60,958 nucleotides of DNA from Candidatus Nomurabacteria bacterium. Its GTDB lineage: Bacteria > Patescibacteriota > Minisyncoccia > Phycocordibacterales > UBA9973. Positions 44,661-55,100 of the stretch are shown here, one piece after another; the first letter of the stretch is position 1, and every line of letters begins with the position of its first letter. The stretch spans positions 1-60,958 of the forward strand of contig JACPXJ010000045.1 in assembly GCA_016196605.1 (NCBI GenBank), read 5' to 3'. A model generated the notes under the pieces. It did not search any database and was not told the DNA's origin. It saw only the letters and a list, made by a program, of their open reading frames with translations. The position numbers were made by a program, and so were the translations under genes.

Positions 44661-45314
44661 ATGATTGGAGATATTGCTCATGTATGCAACAGGGGAGTTG
44701 AGAAGCGAAAAATTTTCATTAATGAGAGTGATTATTCTAGATTTGTGAACAATTTACTTTTGCTGAATAATAAGGAGGGTAAAATCAGAACGCGCAGGAA
44801 AAATCCGTTTGAAGAAGTCGAGGAAGTTTTACATGGCAGGAAAAAGTTGGTGGAAATACTCAAATGGAGCTTGTTGCCTAATCATTATCATTTATTGTTA
44901 TATGAAGTTGCTGAAGGCGGTATTTTAGAATTTACGAAACGTTTAGGCAATGCTTATACAAAATATTTTAATATTAAAAACAGCGGCAGAAGCGGATATT
45001 TATTTCAGAACAGTGCAAAAATAATTCCAGTCTCAAATAATAGCCAATTTCTTTATATACCGATTTACATCGATCTTAATTGTGCTGATCTAACATATCC
45101 AAATTGGAAAAATTCAAAAAATAACGATTCGAAGAAAATCATAAATTTTTTGGAATCGTACATGTGGTCAAGTTTTAGAGATTATTTTGGGAAAGGTGAG
45201 TTTTCGGCTGTCGTCAATAAAGAACTATTTTACGATTTGTTTGATACCAATGAGAAAGAATACAAAAAAGATATGGAAGGTTTTATCAGAGAACCAATCG
45301 TTCAAGATTTCTAA
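44661..45314 (+). CDS. REP-associated tyrosine transposase-like protein, RAYT-2
   Basis: HVCNRGV N-terminus, HUH motif PNHYHLLL, GNAYTKYFN...GYLFQNSAK, and a Tyr-containing IYIDLN region. Confidence 0.7.
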   Translation: MIGDIAHVCNRGVEKRKIFINESDYSRFVNNLLLLNNKEGKIRTRRKNPFEEVEEVLHGRKKLVEILKWSLLPNHYHLLLYEVAEGGILEFTKRLGNAYTKYFNIKNSGRSGYLFQNSAKIIPVSNNSQFLYIPIYIDLNCADLTYPNWKNSKNNDSKKIINFLESYMWSSFRDYFGKGEFSAVVNKELFYDLFDTNEKEYKKDMEGFIREPIVQDF

Positions 45315-45340
45315 GTGGTCAACCTGGCAGGTTGACCACT
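45314..45340. repeat. R-type REP directly 3' of RAYT-2
   Basis: agtggtcaacctggcaggttgaccact. Starts at the stop codon. Confidence 0.85.
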
Positions 45341-45393
45341 TCTGCGGATAATAATTCTTTGACCTGGATGTCTTTTTCGGTTAAGATGCAGCT

Positions 45394-46659
45394 ATGAGAC
45401 AAAGCATACTTTTCACTAAAACCAAGAAAGAAAGTCCCGCGGACGAAGTCTCACGGAATGCGGAGCTTCTCATCCGCGCGGGATTTATCCACAAAGAGCT
45501 TGCCGGAGTTTACAGCTTTTTGCCGCTGGGCCTCCGAGTGCTCAAGAAAATTGAAAATATAATCCGGGAAGAAATGAACAAGGCGGGCGGGCAGGAAGTT
45601 TTGCTCTCTTCCATGCAGCCGAAAGAAAATTGGGAAAAGACCGGCCGCTGGGAGACGCTCGATATTCTGTATAAAGTTTCCGATGGAGAAGGGCGGGAGG
45701 TAGCGCTCGGTCCCACTCACGAAGAAATCATTGTTCCCATTTTGAAAAATTATCTTTCTTCATATAAAGATCTTCCGAAGGACAACCCTCTCGCTCTCTA
45801 CCAGATCCAGAACAAATTCCGGATGGAGCTCCGCCCTAAGTCTGGCATTTTGCGCGGCCGGGAATTTATCATGAAAGACATGTATTCCTTTCATGCATCC
45901 AAGGAAGATTTTGAAGAATTTTACGAGAAAATGAAAGCCGTTTACAAAAATATTTTTGCCCGGGTCGGCATCGGGCATCTGACCTACCTCACTTTTGCTT
46001 CCGGCGGGACTTTTTCAAAGTATTCCCATGAGTTTCAGACGATTACCTCGGTCGGGGAAGACACTATATATGTAGATGAGGAAAAGGGCGTGGCAGTGAA
46101 CAAGGAGGTCATGAATGATGAAATTTTGTCCCAGCTTGGCTTGAAAAAGGAAAAGCTGGTAGAGCATAAATCCATCGAAGTCGGGAACATTTTTGACCTC
46201 AAAAGCAAGTATTCCAAGCCATTTGACTTGTTCTTCACGGACGAAAAGGAGGAAAAGCACAATGTTTTGATGGGCTGTTATGGGATAGGCCTGTCCCGCC
46301 TTTTGGGAACTGTTGTTGAGGTTATGTCTGATGATAAGGGGTTGATCTGGCCGCCCGCAATTGCTCCGTTTAGAGCGCATCTTCTTTCGGTCGGGAAGGA
46401 CGCTGGGGCGAGAAAGGAGGCGCAGCATATTTATGAAAACCTCCTCAAAAATAATATTGAAGTCTTGTTCGATGACCGGGAAGAAGTTTCTGCCGGAGAG
46501 AAATTTGCGGATTCGGATCTTCTCGGTATTTCATATCGGGCAGTCGTCTCCGCGCGCAGCATTAAGGAAGGAGGCATAGAAGTAAAAAAGCGAACGGAAG
46601 AAAAAGCCACAATAATACCGCTCGAAGAATTAATAAAACTGTTAAAAGATAAAAGCTAG
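45394..46659 (+). CDS. proS: prolyl-tRNA synthetase (short form without an editing insertion)
   Basis: AGFIHKELAGVYSFLPLG, YQIQNKFRMELRPKSGILRGREFIMKD, and an anticodon-binding C-terminus. Confidence 0.93.
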   Translation: MRQSILFTKTKKESPADEVSRNAELLIRAGFIHKELAGVYSFLPLGLRVLKKIENIIREEMNKAGGQEVLLSSMQPKENWEKTGRWETLDILYKVSDGEGREVALGPTHEEIIVPILKNYLSSYKDLPKDNPLALYQIQNKFRMELRPKSGILRGREFIMKDMYSFHASKEDFEEFYEKMKAVYKNIFARVGIGHLTYLTFASGGTFSKYSHEFQTITSVGEDTIYVDEEKGVAVNKEVMNDEILSQLGLKKEKLVEHKSIEVGNIFDLKSKYSKPFDLFFTDEKEEKHNVLMGCYGIGLSRLLGTVVEVMSDDKGLIWPPAIAPFRAHLLSVGKDAGARKEAQHIYENLLKNNIEVLFDDREEVSAGEKFADSDLLGISYRAVVSARSIKEGGIEVKKRTEEKATIIPLEELIKLLKDKS

Positions 46660-46661
46660 AA

Positions 46662-46686
46662 AGTGGTCAACCTGGCAGGTTGACAC
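46662..46686. repeat. R-type REP (slightly truncated) between proS and mreB
   Basis: agtggtcaacctggcaggttgacac. Confidence 0.8.
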
Positions 46687-46703
46687 GGGTCAAGCGAATC
46701 AAA

Positions 46704-47750
46704 ATGCTCGAAAAACTTTACAAATTAATATCGAACGACATCGGCATTGATCTGGGCACTTCAAATACCTTGGTATATCTCAAAGGTCACGGCATCGTGA
46801 TCAACGAGCCGTCGGTGGTGGCGGTCAATCAGAAGACCAATCAGGTAGTGGCTGTCGGAGGCAAGGCAAAAGAGATGCTCGGGCGCACTCCGGGGCACAT
46901 CAGGGCGGTGCGCCCCTTGGTAGACGGCGTCATCTCTGATTTTGAAGTTACCGAAGAAATGCTTTCCTACCTCATCAACAAGGCGGATAAAATGTCGAAG
47001 AAGCTGGCGCGGCCCCGAGTGCTCGTTGGCGTACCGACTTCGACGACCAATGTGGAGACGCGGGCGGTCTATGATGCGACCCGATCGGCGGGCGCGAGGG
47101 AAGTATTCTTAGTAGAGGAGCCGATGGCGGCCGCTATCGGCGTGCGCCTCCCGATCAAAGACCCAGTCGGCTCGATGATCATCGATGTCGGCGGGGGAAC
47201 GACGGATATAGCGGTGATCTCTCTCGGCGGAGTCGTAAAATCGAAGAATCTGAAGATCGCCGGCGACCGGCTGAATAACGACATCATTACTTACATGCGC
47301 GATGAATTCAAGATATTGATCGGCGATCGGACCGCAGAAACGGTCAAAATAGCCATTGGTTCCGTTATTGAGGGTCCTTATATGGAGACGGAAGTGCATG
47401 GACGCGATCTTCTGACCGGTTTGCCGCGGGCGGTGGTGGTGACGGATGCGGATATTCGCGAGGCGCTTTCATCCTCGATTAAGGGGCTGGTAGACGGGGT
47501 CAAAGATATGCTGGAGACGACTCCGCCGGAAATTCTCTCGGACATCATGCATCGCGGCATCACTCTCTCCGGAGGGGGAGCCCTGATACCCGGGCTTGCC
47601 GAGCTTCTACAGCGGGTTCTCAAGATTCCGGTTTATGTGGTGGAAGACCCACTTACGGCAGTTGCGAGGGGGACTGGGATAATTCTCGACGACCTTCCTT
47701 TTTATAAAGAAGTTTTGATCGGCAATCAGGATGAGCTACCTCCTAGATAA
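46704..47750 (+). CDS. mreB: rod-shape-determining protein MreB
   Basis: DIGIDLGTSNTLVY, EPMAAAIG, IDVGGGTTD. ATG at 46704 preferred over the TTG at 46680, which lies inside the REP. Confidence 0.93.
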   Translation: MLEKLYKLISNDIGIDLGTSNTLVYLKGHGIVINEPSVVAVNQKTNQVVAVGGKAKEMLGRTPGHIRAVRPLVDGVISDFEVTEEMLSYLINKADKMSKKLARPRVLVGVPTSTTNVETRAVYDATRSAGAREVFLVEEPMAAAIGVRLPIKDPVGSMIIDVGGGTTDIAVISLGGVVKSKNLKIAGDRLNNDIITYMRDEFKILIGDRTAETVKIAIGSVIEGPYMETEVHGRDLLTGLPRAVVVTDADIREALSSSIKGLVDGVKDMLETTPPEILSDIMHRGITLSGGGALIPGLAELLQRVLKIPVYVVEDPLTAVARGTGIILDDLPFYKEVLIGNQDELPPR

Positions 47751-48537
47751 GAAAACTAAACAGAAAAAATTTCTTCGCATAGGCCTAGCGGTCGTCCTTC
47801 TTGTTGTCCTGTTTTATTTTCGTTCCGGGATTTTCGGCGGCCTCTCTAGTGTTGCCCATGTTGTTTTTCGTCCTGTATTAATTTTAGGCGAGAGTATAGG
47901 AGAAAAAATAAAAAACATCGGGAATTTCTTTGCTTCCAAGAATTATTTAGAGGATAAGATAGAGAATCTAGAGTCAAAAATATCCGAGGGGGAGGGAAGA
48001 ATATCCAATTACAATTCTATTCTTGCGGAGAATCTTTCTTTGAAGGAAATTCTTGGCAGAAAAAATTTGAAAACCGAGATGATTCTCGCTGCGATTTTAG
48101 CGAAGCCGAATCAGAGTCCCTATGACACTCTCTTGATCGATATCGGAGTGAACGAGGGAGTAGAAAAAGGGGATATGGTTTTCGCGCTTATGGATGTTCC
48201 GCTTGGGGTTGTTTCTGAAGTTTACGCGAATACTTCAAAAGTGATTTTATTTTCATCAGCAGGCGTCAAAACGCAAGCGATAATCGAAAAAAATATTTTT
48301 GTGGAGCTTGTCGGGCGGGGCGGGGGCAATTTTGAAATGATATTGCCGAGAAATTTTACTCCGGAGAGGGGCGACGAGGCGGTGATCCCCGGCATCATGC
48401 CGTATGCGCTGGGAGTAGTCGAGACGATAATTTCCGATCCGCGCGATCCCTTTGTCAAAGCTCTGCTCGTCTCTCCCGTCAACATCCAAGAACTCAAATT
48501 CGTGCAAGTGGAGAGGTCCCGAGATCAGCCGAGATAG
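47731..48537 (+). CDS. mreC: rod-shape-determining protein MreC
   Basis: N-terminal TM helix, coiled coil, and beta domains (GDMVFA...GVVSEV, GDEAVIPG...LGVVETI). Overlaps the mreB end. Confidence 0.85.
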   Translation: MSYLLDKKTKQKKFLRIGLAVVLLVVLFYFRSGIFGGLSSVAHVVFRPVLILGESIGEKIKNIGNFFASKNYLEDKIENLESKISEGEGRISNYNSILAENLSLKEILGRKNLKTEMILAAILAKPNQSPYDTLLIDIGVNEGVEKGDMVFALMDVPLGVVSEVYANTSKVILFSSAGVKTQAIIEKNIFVELVGRGGGNFEMILPRNFTPERGDEAVIPGIMPYALGVVETIISDPRDPFVKALLVSPVNIQELKFVQVERSRDQPR

Positions 48538-48570
48538 GTTTATTTTTCGACCTATCTCGGCAGTTTTTTT
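48518..48570 (+). terminator. Z element copy 1, doubling as the mreC terminator
   Basis: ccgagatcagccgagatagg-tttatttttcga-cctatctcgg followed by cagttttttt. Supplies the last mreC codons (SRDQPR*). Confidence 0.7.
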
Positions 48571-48615
48571 ATCTCCTTCTCCTTTACAAGGAGAGGGTAA
48601 GGTGAGGTGAATTCT
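48571..48615. repeat. P element, intergenic
   Basis: atctccttctcctt-tac-aaggagagg-gtaaggtgaggtgaattctc. Confidence 0.8.
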
Positions 48616-48695
48616 CTAAGAACCTCCGATCTGAATTAGTCTGCGTTAGGTCTTGCCTAACGCATTACTCGAGTCTCTAAAAACATTACTTTGCC
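48585..48695 (+). repeat. degenerate relative of the X element (X3)
   Basis: The 3' part cgagtctctaaaaacattactttgccttcgc is about 26/30 identical to 57595-57624. The P-element tail can pair with it if G-U pairs are allowed. Contains the inner hairpin gcgttagg-tcttg-cctaacgc. Confidence 0.4.
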
Positions 48696-48767
48696 TTCGC
48701 AATATTAAGCTGGAGATTTATTTTTTGAACAAACCTTCCTAAACCATTTTCTATTATCTTTTTCTTG

Positions 48768-48811
48768 CCGAGATCAGCCGAGATATCTTGAAAACAAAGA
48801 ATATCTCGGTC
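48768..48811 (+). repeat. Z element copy 2 (left boundary of the giant-gene segment)
   Basis: gccgagatcagccgagatatc-ttgaaaacaaaga-atatctcggtc. Confidence 0.8.
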
Positions 48812-48817
48812 ATTACA

Positions 48818-48917
48818 GCTAGGGCAGTATAAAAAGGGTACGCATAAAATTCTACTGAATTTTTGCGCTGGGTACGGCCTACCCGGCCTGCGTAGCCCCT
48901 TTTTATACTGCCCTAGC
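48818..48917 (+). repeat. X element copy X1 (about 26-bp outer stem, conserved core)
   Basis: gctagggcagtataaaaagggtacgc ... gcgtagcccctttttatactgccctagc. The core contains aaaattc-tact-gaatttt and tacccggcct. Confidence 0.75.
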
Positions 48918-48943
48918 TTTCATAAATCTTGCATTACTAAAAA

Positions 48944-49056
48944 AAATCCCCGTTTTGACAAAAATTCTAGGAGTCGTATCAACCTGCTAAAGCAGTCCTG
49001 TCCTCATGGTCCTCGAGGGCGAAGGCGGGGGAATTTTTCGGTCAAAATGGGGATTT
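48944..49056 (+). repeat. Y hairpin (about 24-bp outer stem enclosing about 64 nt)
   Basis: aaatccccgttttgac+aaaaattc ... gaattttt+cg+gtcaaaatggggattt. One G-T position in the stem. Confidence 0.7.
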
Positions 49057-49065
49057 TGCTCTTAA

Positions 49066-49084
49066 CCGAGAATTACCGAGAAAG
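49066..49084 (+). repeat. partial Z-like direct repeat CCGAGA-N5-CCGAGA upstream of the giant ORF
   Basis: ccgagaattaccgagaaag. Confidence 0.4.
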
Positions 49085-49143
49085 CTGGAGTTATCCACAT
49101 ATCTTGCTACTTTTGCACTTGTTATCAAGGTATAATTAACACA

Positions 49144-52100
49144 ATGGATTCAGGTATATTTTCGCAAAATAATTCTAGTGAAAAAAAATATATCTCGACT
49201 AAGGAGGCGAGTATCCGTACGGGCTACTCCAAAGACTACATCGGGCAGCTCGCTCGGGCAGGAAAAATCGATTCCAAGAAAATTAATCGCGCCTGGTATG
49301 TGGAAGAAAGTTCGCTGTTTAGCTACAAAGACGTATCGGCTGAATTAAAGAAAGAGAATGGAAAAATTTTTGCTGAAGCAAATTCTCCTCTTGCGATTCC
49401 TCCCCTCCTTGTGGAGGAGGGGGTAAGGGGTGGTGATTCAGAAATTACCACCTCGCCCTTCGGGCACTCCTCCTTCATCAAGGAGGAGAGGGTAGCAGAA
49501 ATTTCCGATGTCTCTTCGGTTTTGAAAGTTTATCAGCACCAGCCGCAAAAAAATTATTTGGGCAAGCAAATTTTTTCAAAGTCGAGGGAGTTCCTCACCA
49601 TCGTCCTCACAGTCGGCGCGGCCGCGGGCATCATCTATGCGAATAATTTAAAACTCCCGAATTTTTTACAGGATTTTATCGGTCCGGAAAATTCTCAAAC
49701 TGCCAATACCATAGACTCCCTCAAAGATGCTTATGGGAATTTTGTTACCGATCCTGCGAATGCAAGCGTGAGCGAGAGTGTAGCGGTAAACATAAAGCAG
49801 GATGACTTGCTGAACGCTTACAAAAATTATCTAACCAAACCCGGGACCCCCTCTTCAATTCTCCCCCTTAACAAGGGGGAGAGGCCGAAGGCAGAAGGGG
49901 TAATTTCTTCTCTCCGCGCTGTCTCCCCGTCAATAAGCAATGCCAATCTGGTCTCCGCTATAAAAACTATTCTTGCCCAGAAAGAATTTCGGGATCAGCT
50001 TCGCGGACCGGAAGGACCACAGGGAGCATCGGGACTTCAGGGACCGCAAGGACCAACCGGAGTTCCTTCTATCTTTTCCATTCCCAGCGCGCCGACTGTC
50101 AACACTTTGGCTTATGTTCCCGCCACTGTCATTCCTCCCAATCCGTCGTCTAACTTTGCCGGCGCCACTTTGTTGGGAGCTACTAATCTATCTTCCGGCA
50201 GTTTTTCAACCACTACCGCCAGCATTGACACTTTGACGGTAAACGGGCAAGCCACCATTGGCGGAACATTAACAGTCACCGGCACGGCGACAATACCGAC
50301 CGTGGCCGCCACCGCTTCCACCACCGACACCCTCGCCGTGGGCGGGGGCTATGGCTCGACCGGAGCATCCATCTCGGCTATCGGCGACATTGAGGCGAAT
50401 GGCGCGCTCACTATAGACGGCGCTTCCACCCTGACCGGCTCGACAGTGATCGGCTCGGCCGCTTCGTCCACCACCACCATCGGCTCGACCACGACCCCGG
50501 GAGCGCTCACTTTGCGCGGAGCCACAACTTTGGATAATAATTTTTCGCAGACCGGCGCGAATACTTTCAGCACCGGCACGGGAGCGATCAGCCTAAACGG
50601 CGCGACCACGGTAACCGGCAGTAATACATTTGCAACCGGTACCGGCGCAGTCACGTTCAATAACGTCACCACAAACATCGCTTCTGACAATCCAATTATC
50701 GATCTTACTTCCGCCACGACGCTCTCTATCAACACCACGACTAACCGCCCGATAACCACCGGCACCGGACTCTTTACCGCCGGCGGCGATGTAACCATCG
50801 CCGGCACCACCGGCGCCACTCTCTCCGGTATCGGCGCGGGCATCACTTTCACCGGCACCGGCAATCACGACATCACCGCAAGTTCCGGTACTTTGCGTAT
50901 CGGATCAAATACCATCATCGGCAGTATCGAAGCGCTGGACGAAACGGTAGACATCGGCACGCCCGCTGTCCGTTTTGATAAATTTTACGCGAATGAAGTG
51001 AATGCGACGACCCTGGTCGGAACTATCACCGGAGGAAACTCCTCCGCCGAAACTTTCACCATCAATTCCGACAATGCCACCGCCGACACTGAAAATTCCT
51101 ATCTCTCTTTTGAAAGAGGCTCCAGCATTCCGAACGCTCTCCTCGGCTGGGATTCCACCAATGATGAGTTTGATTTGAATTCTGGGCTAAATGTTACCAA
51201 TACTATTGGATCAGCTGCGCATTTGCGACTGAGTTATGACGCTTCCAACTACAATAGTTTCACCACATCTTCGACCGGAGATCTGGCGATTAGTTCAACA
51301 GGTACCAATGGAAACATCACTTTAACTCCAAGCGGAACAGGCAAAACCGTCATCGCCTCAAACAGCACCTCATGGACGTATGCGTCCACAAATTTGACTC
51401 TGTCCACCCGCAGTAATGGCAGAGGATTGACGTTTGCGACCACGGATGCCAATGACTTCACCCTTTCGGTGTTCAGGAATTCAATACCGGCGGCGCCTAC
51501 AGGCATTACAGCGCTGGAATTTGAGGGGCTGGACGATGCCGGCGGATCAGTCGCTTATGGACAATTGACCGTTAATGCAACGGACATTGCCGCGGCCACT
51601 GTTACAGGAGAAATGGTGCTGTCGCTGGAAAAATCCAATGTGCATTCTCATGTTCTCCGTGTCCAACCAGCGACCATCCGGTTTTTCAATACTCGCACTA
51701 GCGATACCGTTTTCGAAGCGTTGCAACTCGACTGGACATCGAACATAGCGCGTATTTTCACTAATTATTCCGGCGGCGGTTCGGCGCGCGCTCTGCAACT
51801 TGGCGGCGGCGGCAGCACGCAATGGGAGTTTGCGGATGATGCGACCGGGTTCCGTCCGCTGACGGATGATTCGTCGTCCACTGGATTGCTTGGTACCACC
51901 ACGAAGCGAGTTTACCACGGGCGTTTTGGGACTGGCGGTGTGTGGATTGGCAACATGACGAGCGCGGCGGGTTTGCTCAATGTGCGTTCTTCAAGTGGCG
52001 GAACTTTTCGCGTCGACGCAACGTCCGGTGCGGCTTCTATTACGGACACCACCGCCTCCTCCTCCACCACCACTGGATCGCTCATCAACGCTGGAGGGTT

Positions 52101-55100
52101 TGGGAATGCGGGGGCGGCGTATTTTGGGGGAGCGTTGAATGTGGCAGGAACAACGGGTTCAACTTTTACTCCATCTGCTGCGGCAGATATGACCCATACC
52201 TTTACGTCCGCCAACGATGCAAACTTTGTAAGACTCTTTTTCGGACGTGCTTCGGCTACGGCTATGATTGGCGTAGCTGCAAGTGCCGCACAGTTTACGA
52301 CCTCGGATGTGGCGGGTGACCTGACCATTCGAAATGCTTCTGGCAAAATAAATTTCTCTAATGATGGTGGCATAACTACTGGAATGTCTTTGGGAGCTAG
52401 CAATCTTCTGACCCTCACCGCCGACCTCACCGTCACTGGTGGGAATGTGGGGGTGGGGACGGCGACAGTCGCATCACAGGCAATTCGTCTTGGTTCTACT
52501 GGGCTTACAGGGACAACTCAATATGGTATTGCCAATGTTATCGTGTTTGATAGTACGGTGGCGACTGTTGCAGCGCATGGAATTTATCTTGGCCAAAGAA
52601 CAGCGGCGACCCCTGGCACATTACCTGTAAGTGATTCTATCTTTATTGATGGGCCGACCATCGGATCTTCATCTGCTATCACAACCAACACCGGGTTGAG
52701 GATCGCCAACCAAGGCGCAACAGGCATCACTAACGCCTACGGCATAGACATCGCCGCACAGAGTGGTGCCGCGACAGTGAATGTGGGATTGAGGAATGCG
52801 GGGACGACGTTGCTTACCAATACTACAGCTTCAACCTCTTCGGCTACCGGAGCGTTGCAAGTTTCCGGCGGCGTTGGCATCGCGACGGCCGTCACCACAG
52901 CAACCAGCATGGGTCTCAATGTTGCCCATACTGGAGCCATCACCGGCACAGGATACGGAGGATATTTCAGCAAAACAGGCGCAAGCACGACCAATGTGGG
53001 GTTGTACGCCACCGCCTCGGGAGCCACCAACAACTACGCGGCTATTTTTGAAAGCGGCAATGTCGGTATCGGGACGACAGCGCCAAGCACGAAATTACAT
53101 ATCAGTGGAACTGGAAGTGGCACATATCTAAGAATAGAAGAGACTACGGCCGGTGAAGAAACCACGATTCAGTTGTTAGGTGACGCAACCAGAAAGAACT
53201 GGGAAATCGGCAAACAGCAAATAGGTAATGCTTTAACCTTTGCTTCTTCTACAGCAAATGGAGGTACGACTTTCACGAATTATAGGATGACTATTTTAGA
53301 TACAGGAGAAGTCGGCATCGGGACGACGAGTCCGGCGGGACTTCTCCACGTATCTTCCGACACCGTGGACTTAGGCAAAGGATATTTCACGCAAGCCAAC
53401 GCTTCCGCCGACAGCTTTGACTTCAACTTTAGAAAAGCGAGAGGCACGGGAGCCGTACCCACCGTCATCACCACTGCCGATGAACTGGGAGTTATCAACT
53501 TCACCGGCTACGGCGGAGCGGCCGGATACATTACCGGCGCCGCCATCAAAGGCATATCGAGCGGCACCATCGCCGACTCCAGAGTTCCCGGACAATTATC
53601 CTTCTGGACAGGCACCGACGCCGCGCCTTCTGTCTTGACGGAGAGAATGAGAATAGATAACGCGGGACAGGTGAATGTTTTGGCTACCACCGCCTCCACT
53701 TCCTCCACCACCGGCTCCCTCATCAACGCCGGAGGGTTTGGGAATGCGGGGGCGGCGTATTTTGGGGGAGCGTTGAATGTGGCAGGAACAACGGGTTCAA
53801 CTTTTACTCCATCTGCTGCGGCAGATATGACCCATACCTTTACGTCCGCCAACGATGCTAATTACGCACGCTTAAACATAGGCCGCGCATCAGCATCATT
53901 CATGCTTGGAGTGGCCGCTTCACTAGGACAATTTATCGCAACCGATGCGGCTGGGGACGCTGTGATTAGGACTCTGTCGGGGAACATCAATTTCTCAAAC
54001 GATGGTGGTGCAACACTGGGAATGCGGTTGGGGACGAGTAATTTGCTGACACTCGCTGGCGACCTCACTGTCACTGGCGGGAATGTGGGGGTGGGGGCGG
54101 CGACGAATTCAAGTATCGGCGTATTTGTCACTGGTGCGTCTCTGCTGAGCGGGGTTTCTCAGACTGGACTCTACAGTGACTCAACTTTCAGCAGTGCCGC
54201 TACCACATCTGCTCAGGCGGGACGATTTGAAGTCAGGACTGCAGCGGCTTCGTTTACTGTAACTAATGCTCGTGCATTGTTTCTCGTGGCTCCAACATTA
54301 GGGTCTGGTTCTGCTATTACGAACAACTATGGTATTCAGATACAGAATATGGGCGCGACAGGCGTTACCAATGCTTACGGCCTCGACATAGCAGCACAGT
54401 CCGGCGCGGCGACGACGAATGTGGGATTGAGGAATGCGGGGACGACGAGTCTGCTGGCCCAGCTTTCCGTTTCACTAGACCTAGCTTCCGATTATGCCGC
54501 CACTTTCTTCAACGATGGCAACAATGCCAACCGGAGCGGACTCTTGGTCAAAGCCGGCCTGGATGACAGCACCCTCGCCGGACCTTCCACCTTAATTGAT
54601 TTCCAAGACGGGGATGGCGGCGCGATCGGTTCCATTTCTTTCGGCTCTTCCGCCACCGCCTACAACACCACTTCCGATGAACGCTTGAAGAATCTAGTTA
54701 ATGAACAAACTACTTCTTCCCTTAACATCTTAAATCAAATCAAAATACATGATTTCACCTGGAAAGACGATGTCAGCAGCAATCTCTATACCGGAGTCTT
54801 CGCTCAAGAGCTCTACACTATCTATCCCCACGCCGTTACCAAGCCGATCAATCCTGCCGACAGCTGGATGGTGGACTATTCCAAACTCACTCCGGTCATG
54901 ATCGCTTCTATTCAGGAGCTGGATCTTACCCTAGAGGGACTGGAGGAGAGAGTGGCGGCCCTCGAAGAGGGCAGTCCTTCGTTGGGTTCAGGATCTTCGA
55001 GTATTTTAGACACGGTGAAAAACTGGCTCGCCTCTGCGGGGAACGGCATAACCGATATATTTGCCGGAACGCTTCACGTGACAAACCAGCTCTGCATCGG

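Noticed and set aside
46680-46703. A TTG start for mreB at 46680.
   Set aside because: These codons are part of the R-type REP palindrome. The ATG at 46704 gives a normal MreB N-terminus.
48944-49056. The Y hairpin as SRP (4.5S) RNA or 6S RNA.
   Set aside because: The size is compatible, but I could not find the conserved SRP domain IV motifs (the GGAA-type tetraloop flanked by the AGCA/GGAA internal loops). No 6S-like central bubble is evident by eye. It is left as an unclassified structure.
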